Virus genome (UHGV): UHGV-0351052 | Direction: 5' to 3' (one strand) | From: a virus | Length of the DNA: 64,000 bases | Part shown: piece after piece, positions 40,006 to 49,503 of the stretch | How the letters are laid out: every line of letters begins with the position of its first letter | Position numbering within the stretch: the stretch's first letter is position 1 | The notes under the pieces: model-generated | Database searches by the model: none | The model's input: the letters and a program-made list of their open reading frames with translations, nothing else | Told to the model about the DNA's origin: nothing | Position numbers and translations under genes: made by a program

Positions 40006-40162
40006 GTGATTTCCTTTTGCCTACTAATGGACCGTCGGGAATTTTGTTTTCCTGGATATATTTCTCATTTTCTTCCATCATTTTACTACCAATTTTAAGA
40101 AGCAAATCCATTGCTTCATTTGCTTTAGCCTTAGCCTCTTCTAACGTCATATCTTTGTTCAT
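39998..40162 (-). CDS. small hypothetical protein (54 aa), below ORF-track cutoff
   Basis: Manual read: [54 protein letters not shown]; ATGA overlaps at both ends. Confidence 0.35.
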
Positions 40163-40362
40163 GATTTATCCCCATAGATGTCTCTCATCAATTTAAGCGC
40201 TGAGCGTTCTAATTTCTTTTCTTTCTCAGCACTAATCATTGATTTCATCCACTCTTCCGATTCGTTCTGCATTTCTTTATTTGCCTGTTCAACCCAACCA
40301 TCATCAATATACATTGAGTTTGGTCTATTGAACCATTCAAGCATCTTCTTCAGAACTTTCAT
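40159..40362 (-). CDS. hypothetical protein (67 aa)
   Basis: ORF track. Confidence 0.35.
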
Positions 40363-40834
40363 TTGTTTTACCTAAAACAATAGTAGGAGCATCGTCAAAT
40401 TCATGAATTTTTAGCAATTTTGGATTTAAATTATTCCATACATAATAAATGAAGTATGATAAAGCATCTTCACTCGCAATTATAAATTTATTTCCTTTAT
40501 CTATTTTCCAGTCATATACTGAATCGTACGAATAAAAAGATAAAGGGTTATCATTATATTGTTCTGCGCTAACATTGATGTATTCGGATTTAGTAAATGC
40601 TTCAATTGCTCTAAACGGACTATTTGGCACAGTTTCAATAATTCCGATCTTTTTAAGTTTTATTTCAGCATCTTCTGGAACTGGCATTGAAACGAAATTT
40701 TCTACGAGATACATAGGGTTACGATAACCCTTATCAATCATTACGGCTACAGTAATTGGAACATCTTTAGCAAACGACATGCTATTACTGCTAATATACA
40801 TTTCAAACAAAATCGCTTCCATAATTTTCCTCAA
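40337..40834 (-). CDS. hypothetical protein (165 aa)
   Basis: ORF track. Confidence 0.45.
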   Translation of the reverse strand: MRKIMEAILFEMYISSNSMSFAKDVPITVAVMIDKGYRNPMYLVENFVSMPVPEDAEIKLKKIGIIETVPNSPFRAIEAFTKSEYINVSAEQYNDNPLSFYSYDSVYDWKIDKGNKFIIASEDALSYFIYYVWNNLNPKLLKIHEFDDAPTIVLGKTNESSEEDA

Positions 40835-41175
40835 TCACAAGATGTAGATGAACAACTAGAATCACAAGAACTTCCACATGAATCGCCCGTCCATACATGA
40901 ACAGGAACATTAGTATCATATGAATCAGAACTAGACTGTGTATTCTGTGTGTTAGGTGATGTAGTAGGTGTTGACCAGCGCCAAGGATTTTTATAATATT
41001 CTTGGGCTTCTTCATAAGTCATAGTAACTGCTTCTACTGTTCCATCTCCCATATAAACATACTCAACTACAGTTAAAGGAAGATAGTCATTTGAAATAGG
41101 AACTACACCTTCCCCAGGAGTTGTAGAGAAAAAATCCGTAAAGAAACTTTTAAACCAATTAAAGATAAACATCAC
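40831..41175 (-). CDS. hypothetical protein (114 aa) with Cys/Ser-rich C-terminal tail
   Basis: Hydrophobic N-terminus; C-terminus [19 protein letters not shown]. Confidence 0.45.
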   Translation of the reverse strand: MMFIFNWFKSFFTDFFSTTPGEGVVPISNDYLPLTVVEYVYMGDGTVEAVTMTYEEAQEYYKNPWRWSTPTTSPNTQNTQSSSDSYDTNVPVHVWTGDSCGSSCDSSCSSTSCD

Positions 41176-41384
41176 AAAAATCCTCTTTGAAATTCGACTC
41201 TTTGAAATCCACCCCAGTCAGTATATCGCATTTCAGCATTGAACTCGACTGAACCATCTGCATGCATCATGAATGAATGCGTGACGACATCACAATCCCA
41301 GCTTTTCATACCCCATTTATCAGCGATAGCTTTATCAAGAACCTTCTGGAGGTCTTCATTTGGTTTAATCCAACGATTTAACAT
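41172..41384 (-). CDS. hypothetical protein (70 aa)
   Basis: ORF track; ATGA overlap. Confidence 0.4.
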   Translation of the reverse strand: MLNRWIKPNEDLQKVLDKAIADKWGMKSWDCDVVTHSFMMHADGSVEFNAEMRYTDWGGFQRVEFQRGFL

Positions 41385-41456
41385 AGCGCTCTCCTCTATA
41401 AGATAATTTTATTATACCATACTCATTTTGGAAAGTAAACCGTTTAAATGAAAAAA

Positions 41457-41477
41457 GGACTCCCGAAGGAGTCCTTG
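41457..41477 (-). terminator. intrinsic terminator after soc (GGACTCC-CGAA-GGAGTCC)
   Basis: 7-bp GC stem with UUCG loop on minus RNA then TTTTTTCATTT. Confidence 0.5.
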
Positions 41478-41482
41478 AATTA

Positions 41483-41719
41483 TTAACCACCTATTTCTGT
41501 AGGCGTAAACATTGCAGCATTCTTAGTTTTCCAGTCAGCTGCATCAGAAACTACAGTAGAATATGCCGCCTTTTCAGAAGGAAAGGTCTGATAATGAGAA
41601 TCTGCAATACGATGCTCGTTAGAATAGATTTCAAACGGAACAGAAACTTCCATACCTTTAACTTCTTTGCCTTCACCCGCTGGATGAGTAAAGGTCTTGA
41701 TGTTAACGAAACCACCCAT
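41483..41719 (-). CDS. soc: small outer capsid protein Soc (78 aa)
   Basis: ...HYQTFPSEKAAYSTV... matches the remembered T4 Soc core. Confidence 0.8.
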   Translation of the reverse strand: MGGFVNIKTFTHPAGEGKEVKGMEVSVPFEIYSNEHRIADSHYQTFPSEKAAYSTVVSDAADWKTKNAAMFTPTEIGG

Positions 41720-41749
41720 AATAAACTCCTTTATTGTTTAATTACAGGT

Positions 41750-41757
41750 GTATTTAT
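41750..41757 (-). promoter_or_regulatory. late promoter TATAAATA for soc
   Basis: Exact TATAAATA on minus strand about 30 nt upstream of the soc ATG. Confidence 0.5.
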
Positions 41758-41758
41758 A

Positions 41759-41932
41759 TCAGTCTTCAATGAAAACTTGTGCCAGGAATTCGTGTTCATC
41801 TTGAATTTGTTTATATAAAGCCATTACAGCATTTATATTAGAGCTATCTACTTTAAGTTGATAAGCATACCACTCGTGTAAATTAATTAAAGCTTTTTGA
41901 CGTCTAATAAATTCTTCTTTGGATATTTTCAT
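41759..41932 (-). CDS. small hypothetical protein (57 aa), below ORF-track cutoff
   Basis: Manual read: MKISKEEFIRRQKALINLHEWYAYQLKVDSSNINAVMALYKQIQDEHEFLAQVFIED. Confidence 0.35.
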   Translation of the reverse strand: MKISKEEFIRRQKALINLHEWYAYQLKVDSSNINAVMALYKQIQDEHEFLAQVFIED

Positions 41933-42129
41933 TTTGAATGCTCTATAATTAATTTTAAGGCTTTTTCACTGACAAAAATTTCATCAGGACCTTCTTCTAT
42001 AACCCAATCAACTGTACGAAGCTGATTAGATAGGAGCTCGTATGTGAGCTCCTTGTCATAATTTTTAAATAGCTGGTCAATACGTTTCTTGTGGGCTTTC
42101 TTAAGTTGACGTTTATTTAAACGAGCCAT
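41929..42129 (-). CDS. hypothetical protein (66 aa)
   Basis: ORF track; occupies the soc-56 interval where T4 has segF. Confidence 0.4.
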   Translation of the reverse strand: MARLNKRQLKKAHKKRIDQLFKNYDKELTYELLSNQLRTVDWVIEEGPDEIFVSEKALKLIIEHSK

Positions 42130-42647
42130 TAATAACCTCGGTCTTGACGAGCGAAGTTTTCAGCATTTTTCAGATAATAAAGTTTAAAGATTTCTTCTGC
42201 TGTAAGACCAAGACCTTGAAACATGTTCAGAACAAAATGGAGAATATCAATCATTTCGAATTTGATTTCTAACTGGTCCTGTGGAGACAAATCAGTAATC
42301 AGAGTTTCACGACGTTCACCATGCTGAGCTTTCCACGGCTTCCATACAGCAGATGCATCTTTTTCGCCATTGCTCATACCACCAAGAGAAGTCAGAAGTT
42401 CGCGGAATTCATCATCAATATAATCTTTCTGATTACGCAGCCAATCAACAACTTCACCTGCGGTAGCCAAATCATCAGGATGACGATTATATTCAGGTTT
42501 ATCTTTAGCTAAACGAATCTGCAGAGATTTCTGCATGTCAAGCATTACCTGTAGCGGGTCTTTTTCATCACCGAGAATATCCCAATATTCATTTTGAGCT
42601 TTATCAGCGCCTTCGATCAGTTGACTACATTCGTTAAAGTAAGCCAT
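42129..42647 (-). CDS. 56: dCTPase/dUTPase gp56 (172 aa; start at ATG 42647)
   Basis: MazG-like pyrophosphatase matching T4 gp56. Confidence 0.85.
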   Translation of the reverse strand: MAYFNECSQLIEGADKAQNEYWDILGDEKDPLQVMLDMQKSLQIRLAKDKPEYNRHPDDLATAGEVVDWLRNQKDYIDDEFRELLTSLGGMSNGEKDASAVWKPWKAQHGERRETLITDLSPQDQLEIKFEMIDILHFVLNMFQGLGLTAEEIFKLYYLKNAENFARQDRGY

Positions 42648-42707
42648 TATTTTTCCTTTCAATTCATTAATAAGTTAAATAATTATATCATTTGAATATG
42701 TAAGCAA

Positions 42708-43496
<789 letters not shown>

Positions 43497-43568
43497 TCAT
43501 TTATTGCAGCAAAAAACGAATTATACAATTCTTCATCATATGTATTTGATAATACTAACACGTTTTGC

Positions 43569-43576
43569 GATAAATA
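43569..43576 (+). promoter_or_regulatory. late-promoter-like GATAAATA
   Basis: 7/8 match to TATAAATA 20 nt upstream of the plus-strand ORF at 43596. Confidence 0.3.
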
Positions 43577-43595
43577 TTAATTTAAAGGAGGATAC

Positions 43596-43796
43596 ATGGT
43601 ACAAAAATTAATGGCACTTGTTAATGCCATAAAAGGTAATAAGAAACGTATAGCTTTTACTATTTCTGCTATGATAGGAATTTTACTTTGGAATTTTGTT
43701 TTATCGCCAGTTGCTATTGCTCATGGCGTTAGTATTCCAGTAGTTACTCTTGATACATTCGTAGATTTAGCATTTGCTTTAGTTGGGTTAATTTAA
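43596..43796 (+). CDS. small membrane protein (66 aa), plus strand, convergent with gene 61
   Basis: Strong ribosome site AAAGGAGGATACATG; hydrophobic product with two predicted transmembrane segments. Confidence 0.5.
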   Translation: MVQKLMALVNAIKGNKKRIAFTISAMIGILLWNFVLSPVAIAHGVSIPVVTLDTFVDLAFALVGLI

Positions 43797-44821
43797 ATCT
43801 TAGCATATTTAGATAGCCGCATTTTAGCCATCAACCCCTGGGCAATATTATTTTTCATATATTCCATAATTTGTTCAGGGGTTGCACCTTCCTTTCTAAT
43901 CATATCATTAACATCTTTTGATTTCCAGGGAGATTTATCCCAAAACATAACCCTTTCTCCTGCATCAACTAATTTAGTCATTCGTTTAATAGTGTCAGGG
44001 TGACGAGGTTCATTATCTAAGACCCACACTCGTCTATCTTTAAATGGAACAACTTCTAGGTCTAATTGACCACCCGTAATAGCTATACCATTTTCAATAA
44101 AAAGTGAATCTATAGGTCCTTCTAGAACATATACATCACCATCTTTAACTCGTTCGACTCCATAGATTTTTGTTGCCTCAGGATAAGCTTTGATGGTGAT
44201 ATATTTTTGAGGAGCATCTTTCTTTAATGCACGTCCTTGAAAAGACTCAGCTTTTCCATTAGCATTATAAATTGGAATAACAAGACGAGGCTCAGAAATT
44301 TCCTTTTTGTATGTTCCCGGTGCTATGCTATTAACCAATTTAGGCCATTCGGTTGTAAACCAAAGATATTTCCATTTATCCTTTGGAATACAACGAGCTT
44401 TTACGTATTTTATAATTGGATGGTCTTCCGCCAGTTTATCTAATCTAACACATGACGGAAGAGATTTAATTATTTTCTTCTCAGGTTGTTTAGGAAGTTC
44501 TTTAGGTTTTTCTACTGGACGACTTTTACCTTTTTCTTTTCTTATTTCAAAGATATACTCACGATATAAATCAGGTTCAAACTCCTTTAGATATATTCCG
44601 ATTGGTGCATGATAGTTACAGTTATAACAATGAATATTTCCTTCATTATTATCACCATAATACCATCCACGGGCTTTATTTTGGTCGGTTTTTGAATCTC
44701 CACAAACAGGACATCTAAACCGTAATTTAAAAGTTGAACTATTATTTACTTGTGTGAATTTAGGTAAATGAGCTAATGCACGGTATGCGAACTCATTATC
44801 AATCCAAGGTATTGATGACAT
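43793..44821 (-). CDS. 61: DNA primase gp61 (342 aa)
   Basis: Zinc ribbon CPVCGDS...CYNCNYH and TOPRIM region; length equals T4 gp61. Confidence 0.9.
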   Translation of the reverse strand: MSSIPWIDNEFAYRALAHLPKFTQVNNSSTFKLRFRCPVCGDSKTDQNKARGWYYGDNNEGNIHCYNCNYHAPIGIYLKEFEPDLYREYIFEIRKEKGKSRPVEKPKELPKQPEKKIIKSLPSCVRLDKLAEDHPIIKYVKARCIPKDKWKYLWFTTEWPKLVNSIAPGTYKKEISEPRLVIPIYNANGKAESFQGRALKKDAPQKYITIKAYPEATKIYGVERVKDGDVYVLEGPIDSLFIENGIAITGGQLDLEVVPFKDRRVWVLDNEPRHPDTIKRMTKLVDAGERVMFWDKSPWKSKDVNDMIRKEGATPEQIMEYMKNNIAQGLMAKMRLSKYAKI

Positions 44822-44823
44822 TT

Positions 44824-44988
44824 TTACTCTTCTTTTTCTTTAGATTCCTCTTTTTTCTTTTTAGGAATCTGTTCAGGACCTTTATTTACTACAGCACCTG
44901 ATGTTGTTCCAGTAGAGATATTTTCAGGATTACCACCTGAATCTCCAGCAACCATATCTTCTTTGATAAATTCTTTATATGTTTTCAT
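44824..44988 (-). CDS. small hypothetical protein (54 aa; 61.1 position)
   Basis: Manual read: MKTYKEFIKEDMVAGDSGGNPENISTGTTSGAVVNKGPEQIPKKKKEESKEKEE. Confidence 0.4.
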   Translation of the reverse strand: MKTYKEFIKEDMVAGDSGGNPENISTGTTSGAVVNKGPEQIPKKKKEESKEKEE

Positions 44989-44989
44989 A

Positions 44990-45616
44990 TTAACCTCTAT
45001 TCATAAAAGCATTAAAAATTTGGTCATCAATAGAAACATTTACTTTAGACTGTTTTTCAGATGGCAATTCATATCCACATATTACAATTTTATGATCAAT
45101 ATCAAAATACACAGAAGCAATATGATTAATGATGTTTTCAGTAAAGTCTAAATCAACATCAATATCTTTTTGACCACAGCCCAAAGGATAAATAATGCGA
45201 GTAATTCGATTATCTTTAACAAATATTCCACCGACATACTCTGTGCTGCGTTTAAAGTCTACACGCCGACGAAATGAAAAATATTCAGGCTCTTTATGAG
45301 CTCGGCTCATAGGGCACAACGAATAACTAGAATAAGAGATGTCAAATCCTACGCCTTCAATATGAACTAAATTGTCATGATTAAACCAATTATAATCATA
45401 TGCCAAGTCCATTAGATTGTCATATGTAAAAGGCACCGGATTAACATCATTGGTCACAAGCATATAATTAGCAACTGCTATAATTTCATTATTTTTAACG
45501 AATACAAACCGTGATTGATGCGAATGACCTGGACCTGCGTTTTCACGATTAATGATATAACACTGGGCACCTTTATATTTGTACGTGTCTTTACACTTGT
45601 GCATTTGATAAAGCAT
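44990..45616 (-). CDS. hypothetical protein (208 aa; 61.2 position)
   Basis: ORF track. Confidence 0.5.
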   Translation of the reverse strand: MLYQMHKCKDTYKYKGAQCYIINRENAGPGHSHQSRFVFVKNNEIIAVANYMLVTNDVNPVPFTYDNLMDLAYDYNWFNHDNLVHIEGVGFDISYSSYSLCPMSRAHKEPEYFSFRRRVDFKRSTEYVGGIFVKDNRITRIIYPLGCGQKDIDVDLDFTENIINHIASVYFDIDHKIVICGYELPSEKQSKVNVSIDDQIFNAFMNRG

Positions 45617-45909
45617 TATTCACCTACCACTTCAGCGATGATATTTTTATTATTAAAGTTTTTATCACAATACAGAACATAATTATACTGCATTACACCA
45701 CCAGACTTAAGCTGTTTTTGCACTTCAGCTTTCATTTCAGGACGATCACGCTCAACTATATTCATAATATCTGCTTCAATTTGAGTTTCAACCTCAGTCT
45801 GATCCGCAGTCATAGACCATTCGCACAAATCTTTATCATAACCTGCCATAGCAGGCTGAGCAGCACAAGAAGCTAAAGCAAAAATTGTAGCAAAGATAAA
45901 TTTTTTCAT
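45616..45909 (-). CDS. sp: Spackle periplasmic protein (97 aa; start at ATG 45909)
   Basis: Signal peptide MKKFIFATIFALASCAAQPAMA; matches T4 Sp. Confidence 0.8.
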   Translation of the reverse strand: MKKFIFATIFALASCAAQPAMAGYDKDLCEWSMTADQTEVETQIEADIMNIVERDRPEMKAEVQKQLKSGGVMQYNYVLYCDKNFNNKNIIAEVVGE

Positions 45910-45970
45910 GATTAATCTCCTCAGTAGTTTATGTTTATATAGTATCTCAATTTCCAATAAAAGTAAACAG

Positions 45971-46228
45971 TTATTTTAAAACTTTTGCATAATCACATGT
46001 TACAAACTGTTTCTCTAACTTGACGATCTTACGAAAATACCTTTTACACTGACGAATCTGCCTCTTCGTAGGACGTACAGCAAACTTAATAAATTCCACT
46101 CGACCAAATGGAGGACTTTCTTCTGCTGGAATATCTAACACCAATTCCCACGTATCTGCAATAAGTGCTTTGAATTGCGTATTTTTCCTGATGTTATACG
46201 GCGTAGGTTTAAATAAAACAATATGCAT
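45971..46228 (-). CDS. hypothetical protein (85 aa; start at ATG 46228; 61.4 position)
   Basis: TAATATG stop/start junction with dmd. Confidence 0.45.
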   Translation of the reverse strand: MHIVLFKPTPYNIRKNTQFKALIADTWELVLDIPAEESPPFGRVEFIKFAVRPTKRQIRQCKRYFRKIVKLEKQFVTCDYAKVLK

Positions 46229-46229
46229 A

Positions 46230-46412
46230 TTATCCTCGGCAATCCACTTCACATACTTTCTTGTCATCAATGAAAGCTTTAACTAATGCTTTATTAACTT
46301 CAGCATATTGAGTAGTAGCCCATTGAACGTCATCTTTCATCATTGTGGTTTCTTTAGTAAACATGCTTTCATTCTTAAACCACCCCATAAAAACTACCTT
46401 TACCAATTCCAT
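46230..46412 (-). CDS. dmd: Dmd antitoxin (60 aa)
   Basis: MELVKVVFMGWFKNESMFTKETTMMKDDVQWATTQYAEVNKALVKAFIDDKKVCEVDCRG, essentially identical to remembered T4 Dmd. Confidence 0.85.
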   Translation of the reverse strand: MELVKVVFMGWFKNESMFTKETTMMKDDVQWATTQYAEVNKALVKAFIDDKKVCEVDCRG

Positions 46413-46470
46413 AACAATCTCCTCATTTAACCAACAAGACTACTATACCATAGTCTCGTCAGCTTGTAAA

Positions 46471-47898
46471 CTAAAATTTTAATTCATTTGCCAAAGCATC
46501 TAACTGAGCTCGAGTGGATTCGTTTCTTTGATAGCGATTCTGCTCAGCCTGAATCTGCTGCGAACCTGCTACTTCACTCACTCCAGTTGGAGTAGAATCT
46601 TGTTCAATTTCTACCCATTTCTGATTTCCCTTTTGAACACCCATCAAAAACTTATTCCATTTGTTCTTATCACCATATCGTGATTTGATTTGCTTAATGA
46701 GTTGTTGCTCAGCAGCTGCTAGCTCCTCAGTTTCAATGACCGCAAGCATAAAATCAGCTGTTGCTGGAAGACCAGCAGATTCTGCAATATCGCTCATGTT
46801 AACATCGGAAGAGTCCCAAGCTTGTTTACCAACCTGTGCTGCAGTCCAAAGAACAGTTTCGGTTTCAACAGCCAGAGCACGCAATTCCTCTGCAATAGCT
46901 TTAACAGTTGTGTAACTATTTTCTGAATAAACTCTAATGCGGCAAGATTTACAAATACCTAGATAGTCAACAATAATGATTGTTGGAACAAAATTCTTCT
47001 TGAGCTTTAATTCATTTAAAAGCGATCGAAATGTATTAGCATCTGCTCCACCGGTAGGATACTGTTTAACGATTAAACGACCGAGAGTAGATTTCTCACG
47101 CCATTTTTCCATTTTTCCTTTATACTCAGCGTAAGAAATATGCCCATCATCAATGTCATCAAGAGAAACATCAAGCATATTAGCATCAATACGCTTAGCA
47201 CAGACTTCTTCTGCCATTTCCATGGAAATGTAAAGAACATTATGTCCGAGCTGTAAATAATCTGCTGCCAATGAACACAGACCTAATGACTTACCAACGT
47301 TAACGCCAGCCATTAAAACGTTCAGTGTTCCAGTTTCAGCTCCGCCTTTAGTAATTTTGTTTAGAATTCTGAGTTTAAATGGAACCTTACGAGCTTTATT
47401 CATATAAGATAGCCAACGTGCTTCATAGTCATCCATCCAATCATGACCAACGTAACTATCAAATGAAATTGATAATGCTTGGCGCATGATGTCAGGAATA
47501 GCACCAACATCCGGCATTTTCTTATTTCGTTTTTCCGGAGGAAGCTCAGCATTAGTTTGAATTTCGATTATTTTAGACGTAGCATTAAACATCGCCCTTT
47601 GCTGAACATATTTTTCTGTTTCTTTTACTAACCAGCTATGGTCTTCCGGAGAATCAGCTAGTTTTGAAATAAGTGTTTTTACACCAGAATATTCTGTTTC
47701 AGTAAATGAACTATTTTCTAATGCAACATTTAACGCATTAATAGATGGAACGCTATGATACTCATTGACATGAGATTTAATTAATTTGAATGTATTTTTA
47801 GCTGGACCACTTTCAAAATATTCTGAATCCATATATGGCCAAACTTTTGAAAAATAAGCTTGATCAAATATGAGATGAGAAAGAATAATTTCTACCAC
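46471..47898 (-). CDS. 41: replicative DNA helicase gp41 (475 aa)
   Basis: DnaB-family Walker motifs; length equals T4 gp41. Confidence 0.9.
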   Translation of the reverse strand: MVEIILSHLIFDQAYFSKVWPYMDSEYFESGPAKNTFKLIKSHVNEYHSVPSINALNVALENSSFTETEYSGVKTLISKLADSPEDHSWLVKETEKYVQQRAMFNATSKIIEIQTNAELPPEKRNKKMPDVGAIPDIMRQALSISFDSYVGHDWMDDYEARWLSYMNKARKVPFKLRILNKITKGGAETGTLNVLMAGVNVGKSLGLCSLAADYLQLGHNVLYISMEMAEEVCAKRIDANMLDVSLDDIDDGHISYAEYKGKMEKWREKSTLGRLIVKQYPTGGADANTFRSLLNELKLKKNFVPTIIIVDYLGICKSCRIRVYSENSYTTVKAIAEELRALAVETETVLWTAAQVGKQAWDSSDVNMSDIAESAGLPATADFMLAVIETEELAAAEQQLIKQIKSRYGDKNKWNKFLMGVQKGNQKWVEIEQDSTPTGVSEVAGSQQIQAEQNRYQRNESTRAQLDALANELKF

Positions 47899-47907
47899 AC
47901 TTACTCC

Positions 47908-48270
47908 TTAAAAGAATTTAAATTTTTTCTTTGACCTTTTATTAAATGCATCTTGCAGTTGCATTGTAATACATTTTTCTACATGAGGAGCTAACTCAGC
48001 TTTTCTTTCTTGGTCAAGAACAGCAAAGTCCATTACAACCTTTCCATCAACCCAATCCAGTTTAGTTACATACACTATATGTGTAGAACCATCTTCTAGT
48101 TTAATGACAATCTCCTGGATAACATTTTCCATAGCGGATTTAATTATCTTAAGAGACTCATTAAAAAGACGTTCTTTTCTTTCTTCTTCCCCCTCCGAAG
48201 AGGGGGATTCATCGATAATTTCTAGATCTAAATCTAAATCATCTTTACTCATTAAATTCTTCCATATCAC
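47908..48270 (-). CDS. 40: gp40 head assembly protein (about 120 aa; start uncertain)
   Basis: Position between uvsX and 41. Confidence 0.6.
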   Translation of the reverse strand: MIWKNLMSKDDLDLDLEIIDESPSSEGEEERKERLFNESLKIIKSAMENVIQEIVIKLEDGSTHIVYVTKLDWVDGKVVMDFAVLDQERKAELAPHVEKCITMQLQDAFNKRSKKKFKFF

Positions 48271-49426
48271 TTAACTGCTCGAGGTCAGTTTCTAAATCAG
48301 CAGCTGATTTACTTTTACTTTCTGGAGATTTAAATTTTTCAACCTTTGAGTTAATCAATTCATCAACTTCAGCTTCAACAATTTCATTACTATCAATAGC
48401 ACCTAACTGATAAGCGCGTTTAATAGCATCTCGGAATGGTTGATGCTTAAATAAAGGACCCCAGAATGTAGTGCAGTTGGTATCTTTTGCACGCCAAGAT
48501 TTTTCTTCGCGAATCATCTCGCCAGTTTCTTCGTCAAGAAATTCACGAGCATACCAGCCATTTTTAGGTTTTACTACAAATCCTAATTCTAGAGCCATAT
48601 CTAACAATCCAGAATAAGGATCGATACCACCGTCAAATTTAACATCAATAAAGAATTTACTTTTTTCTTTAACGGTACGAGATTTTTCTACATTTAGAAC
48701 AAATTGATACCCCTGAAGATCAGAACCATCTTTAATCTGACGCTTACCGATAATGAATACGGTATCAGCCGAATACATTACGCCTGTACCACCTGTCATC
48801 ACGGTTTTACTAAACATTTCAATTGTTTCAATTGTATGGTTAACCGCAACACATGGAATATTTTTAATGCTAAAATAAGGAGTAACAATACGGAATAATG
48901 ACTTCAGTGATTTAGCACGAGTCATATCTGCCACAGATTTTTCATTCAAGGCATCTTCCGTTTCTTTCTTAGAAGCCATATTACCGATTGAGTCGATGAA
49001 TACAATAACCTTTTCACCACGCTCAATAGCTTCAAGCTGGTTCACCATATCAATTTTCAGCTGTTCAACTGACTGAATTGGCGTATGAATTACTCGTTCC
49101 GGGTCAACTCCCATGGATCGCAAATAAGCTGGAGTAATACCAAATTCGCTATCATAGAATAGACAAACCGCGTCAGGATATTTGTTCAAATATGCCGCAA
49201 CCATAGTCAAAGACATATTTGATTTAAAGTGTTTAGAAGGCCCTGCGAAAATAGTTAAACCAGACTGCATACCGCCATCAATCGCACCAGAAATAGCGAT
49301 ATTAAGCATTGGAATTTTTGTACGAATTACATCCTTTTCATTAAAGAATTTAGATGTAGTCAGTTCAGCAGTCATTTTAGAAGTGGAAGCTTTAATCAAA
49401 CGGGATTTTAAATCTGCAATAGACAT
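48245..49426 (-). CDS. uvsX: recombinase UvsX (393 aa)
   Basis: RecA-fold Walker A GPSKHFKS; matches T4 UvsX. Confidence 0.9.
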   Translation of the reverse strand: MSIADLKSRLIKASTSKMTAELTTSKFFNEKDVIRTKIPMLNIAISGAIDGGMQSGLTIFAGPSKHFKSNMSLTMVAAYLNKYPDAVCLFYDSEFGITPAYLRSMGVDPERVIHTPIQSVEQLKIDMVNQLEAIERGEKVIVFIDSIGNMASKKETEDALNEKSVADMTRAKSLKSLFRIVTPYFSIKNIPCVAVNHTIETIEMFSKTVMTGGTGVMYSADTVFIIGKRQIKDGSDLQGYQFVLNVEKSRTVKEKSKFFIDVKFDGGIDPYSGLLDMALELGFVVKPKNGWYAREFLDEETGEMIREEKSWRAKDTNCTTFWGPLFKHQPFRDAIKRAYQLGAIDSNEIVEAEVDELINSKVEKFKSPESKSKSAADLETDLEQLSDMEEFNE

Positions 49427-49503
49427 TCATTTTTTCCATAGGCATCATTATATTTTCCTCACTGGTTAAAGATAGAGTAATTATAACACAATAAATTTAG
49501 GCA

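Noticed and set aside
39990-40196. Plus-strand 68-aa ORF
   Set aside because: Antisense to the manually identified 54-aa minus-strand gene (39998-40162), which has coupled ATGA junctions on both sides.
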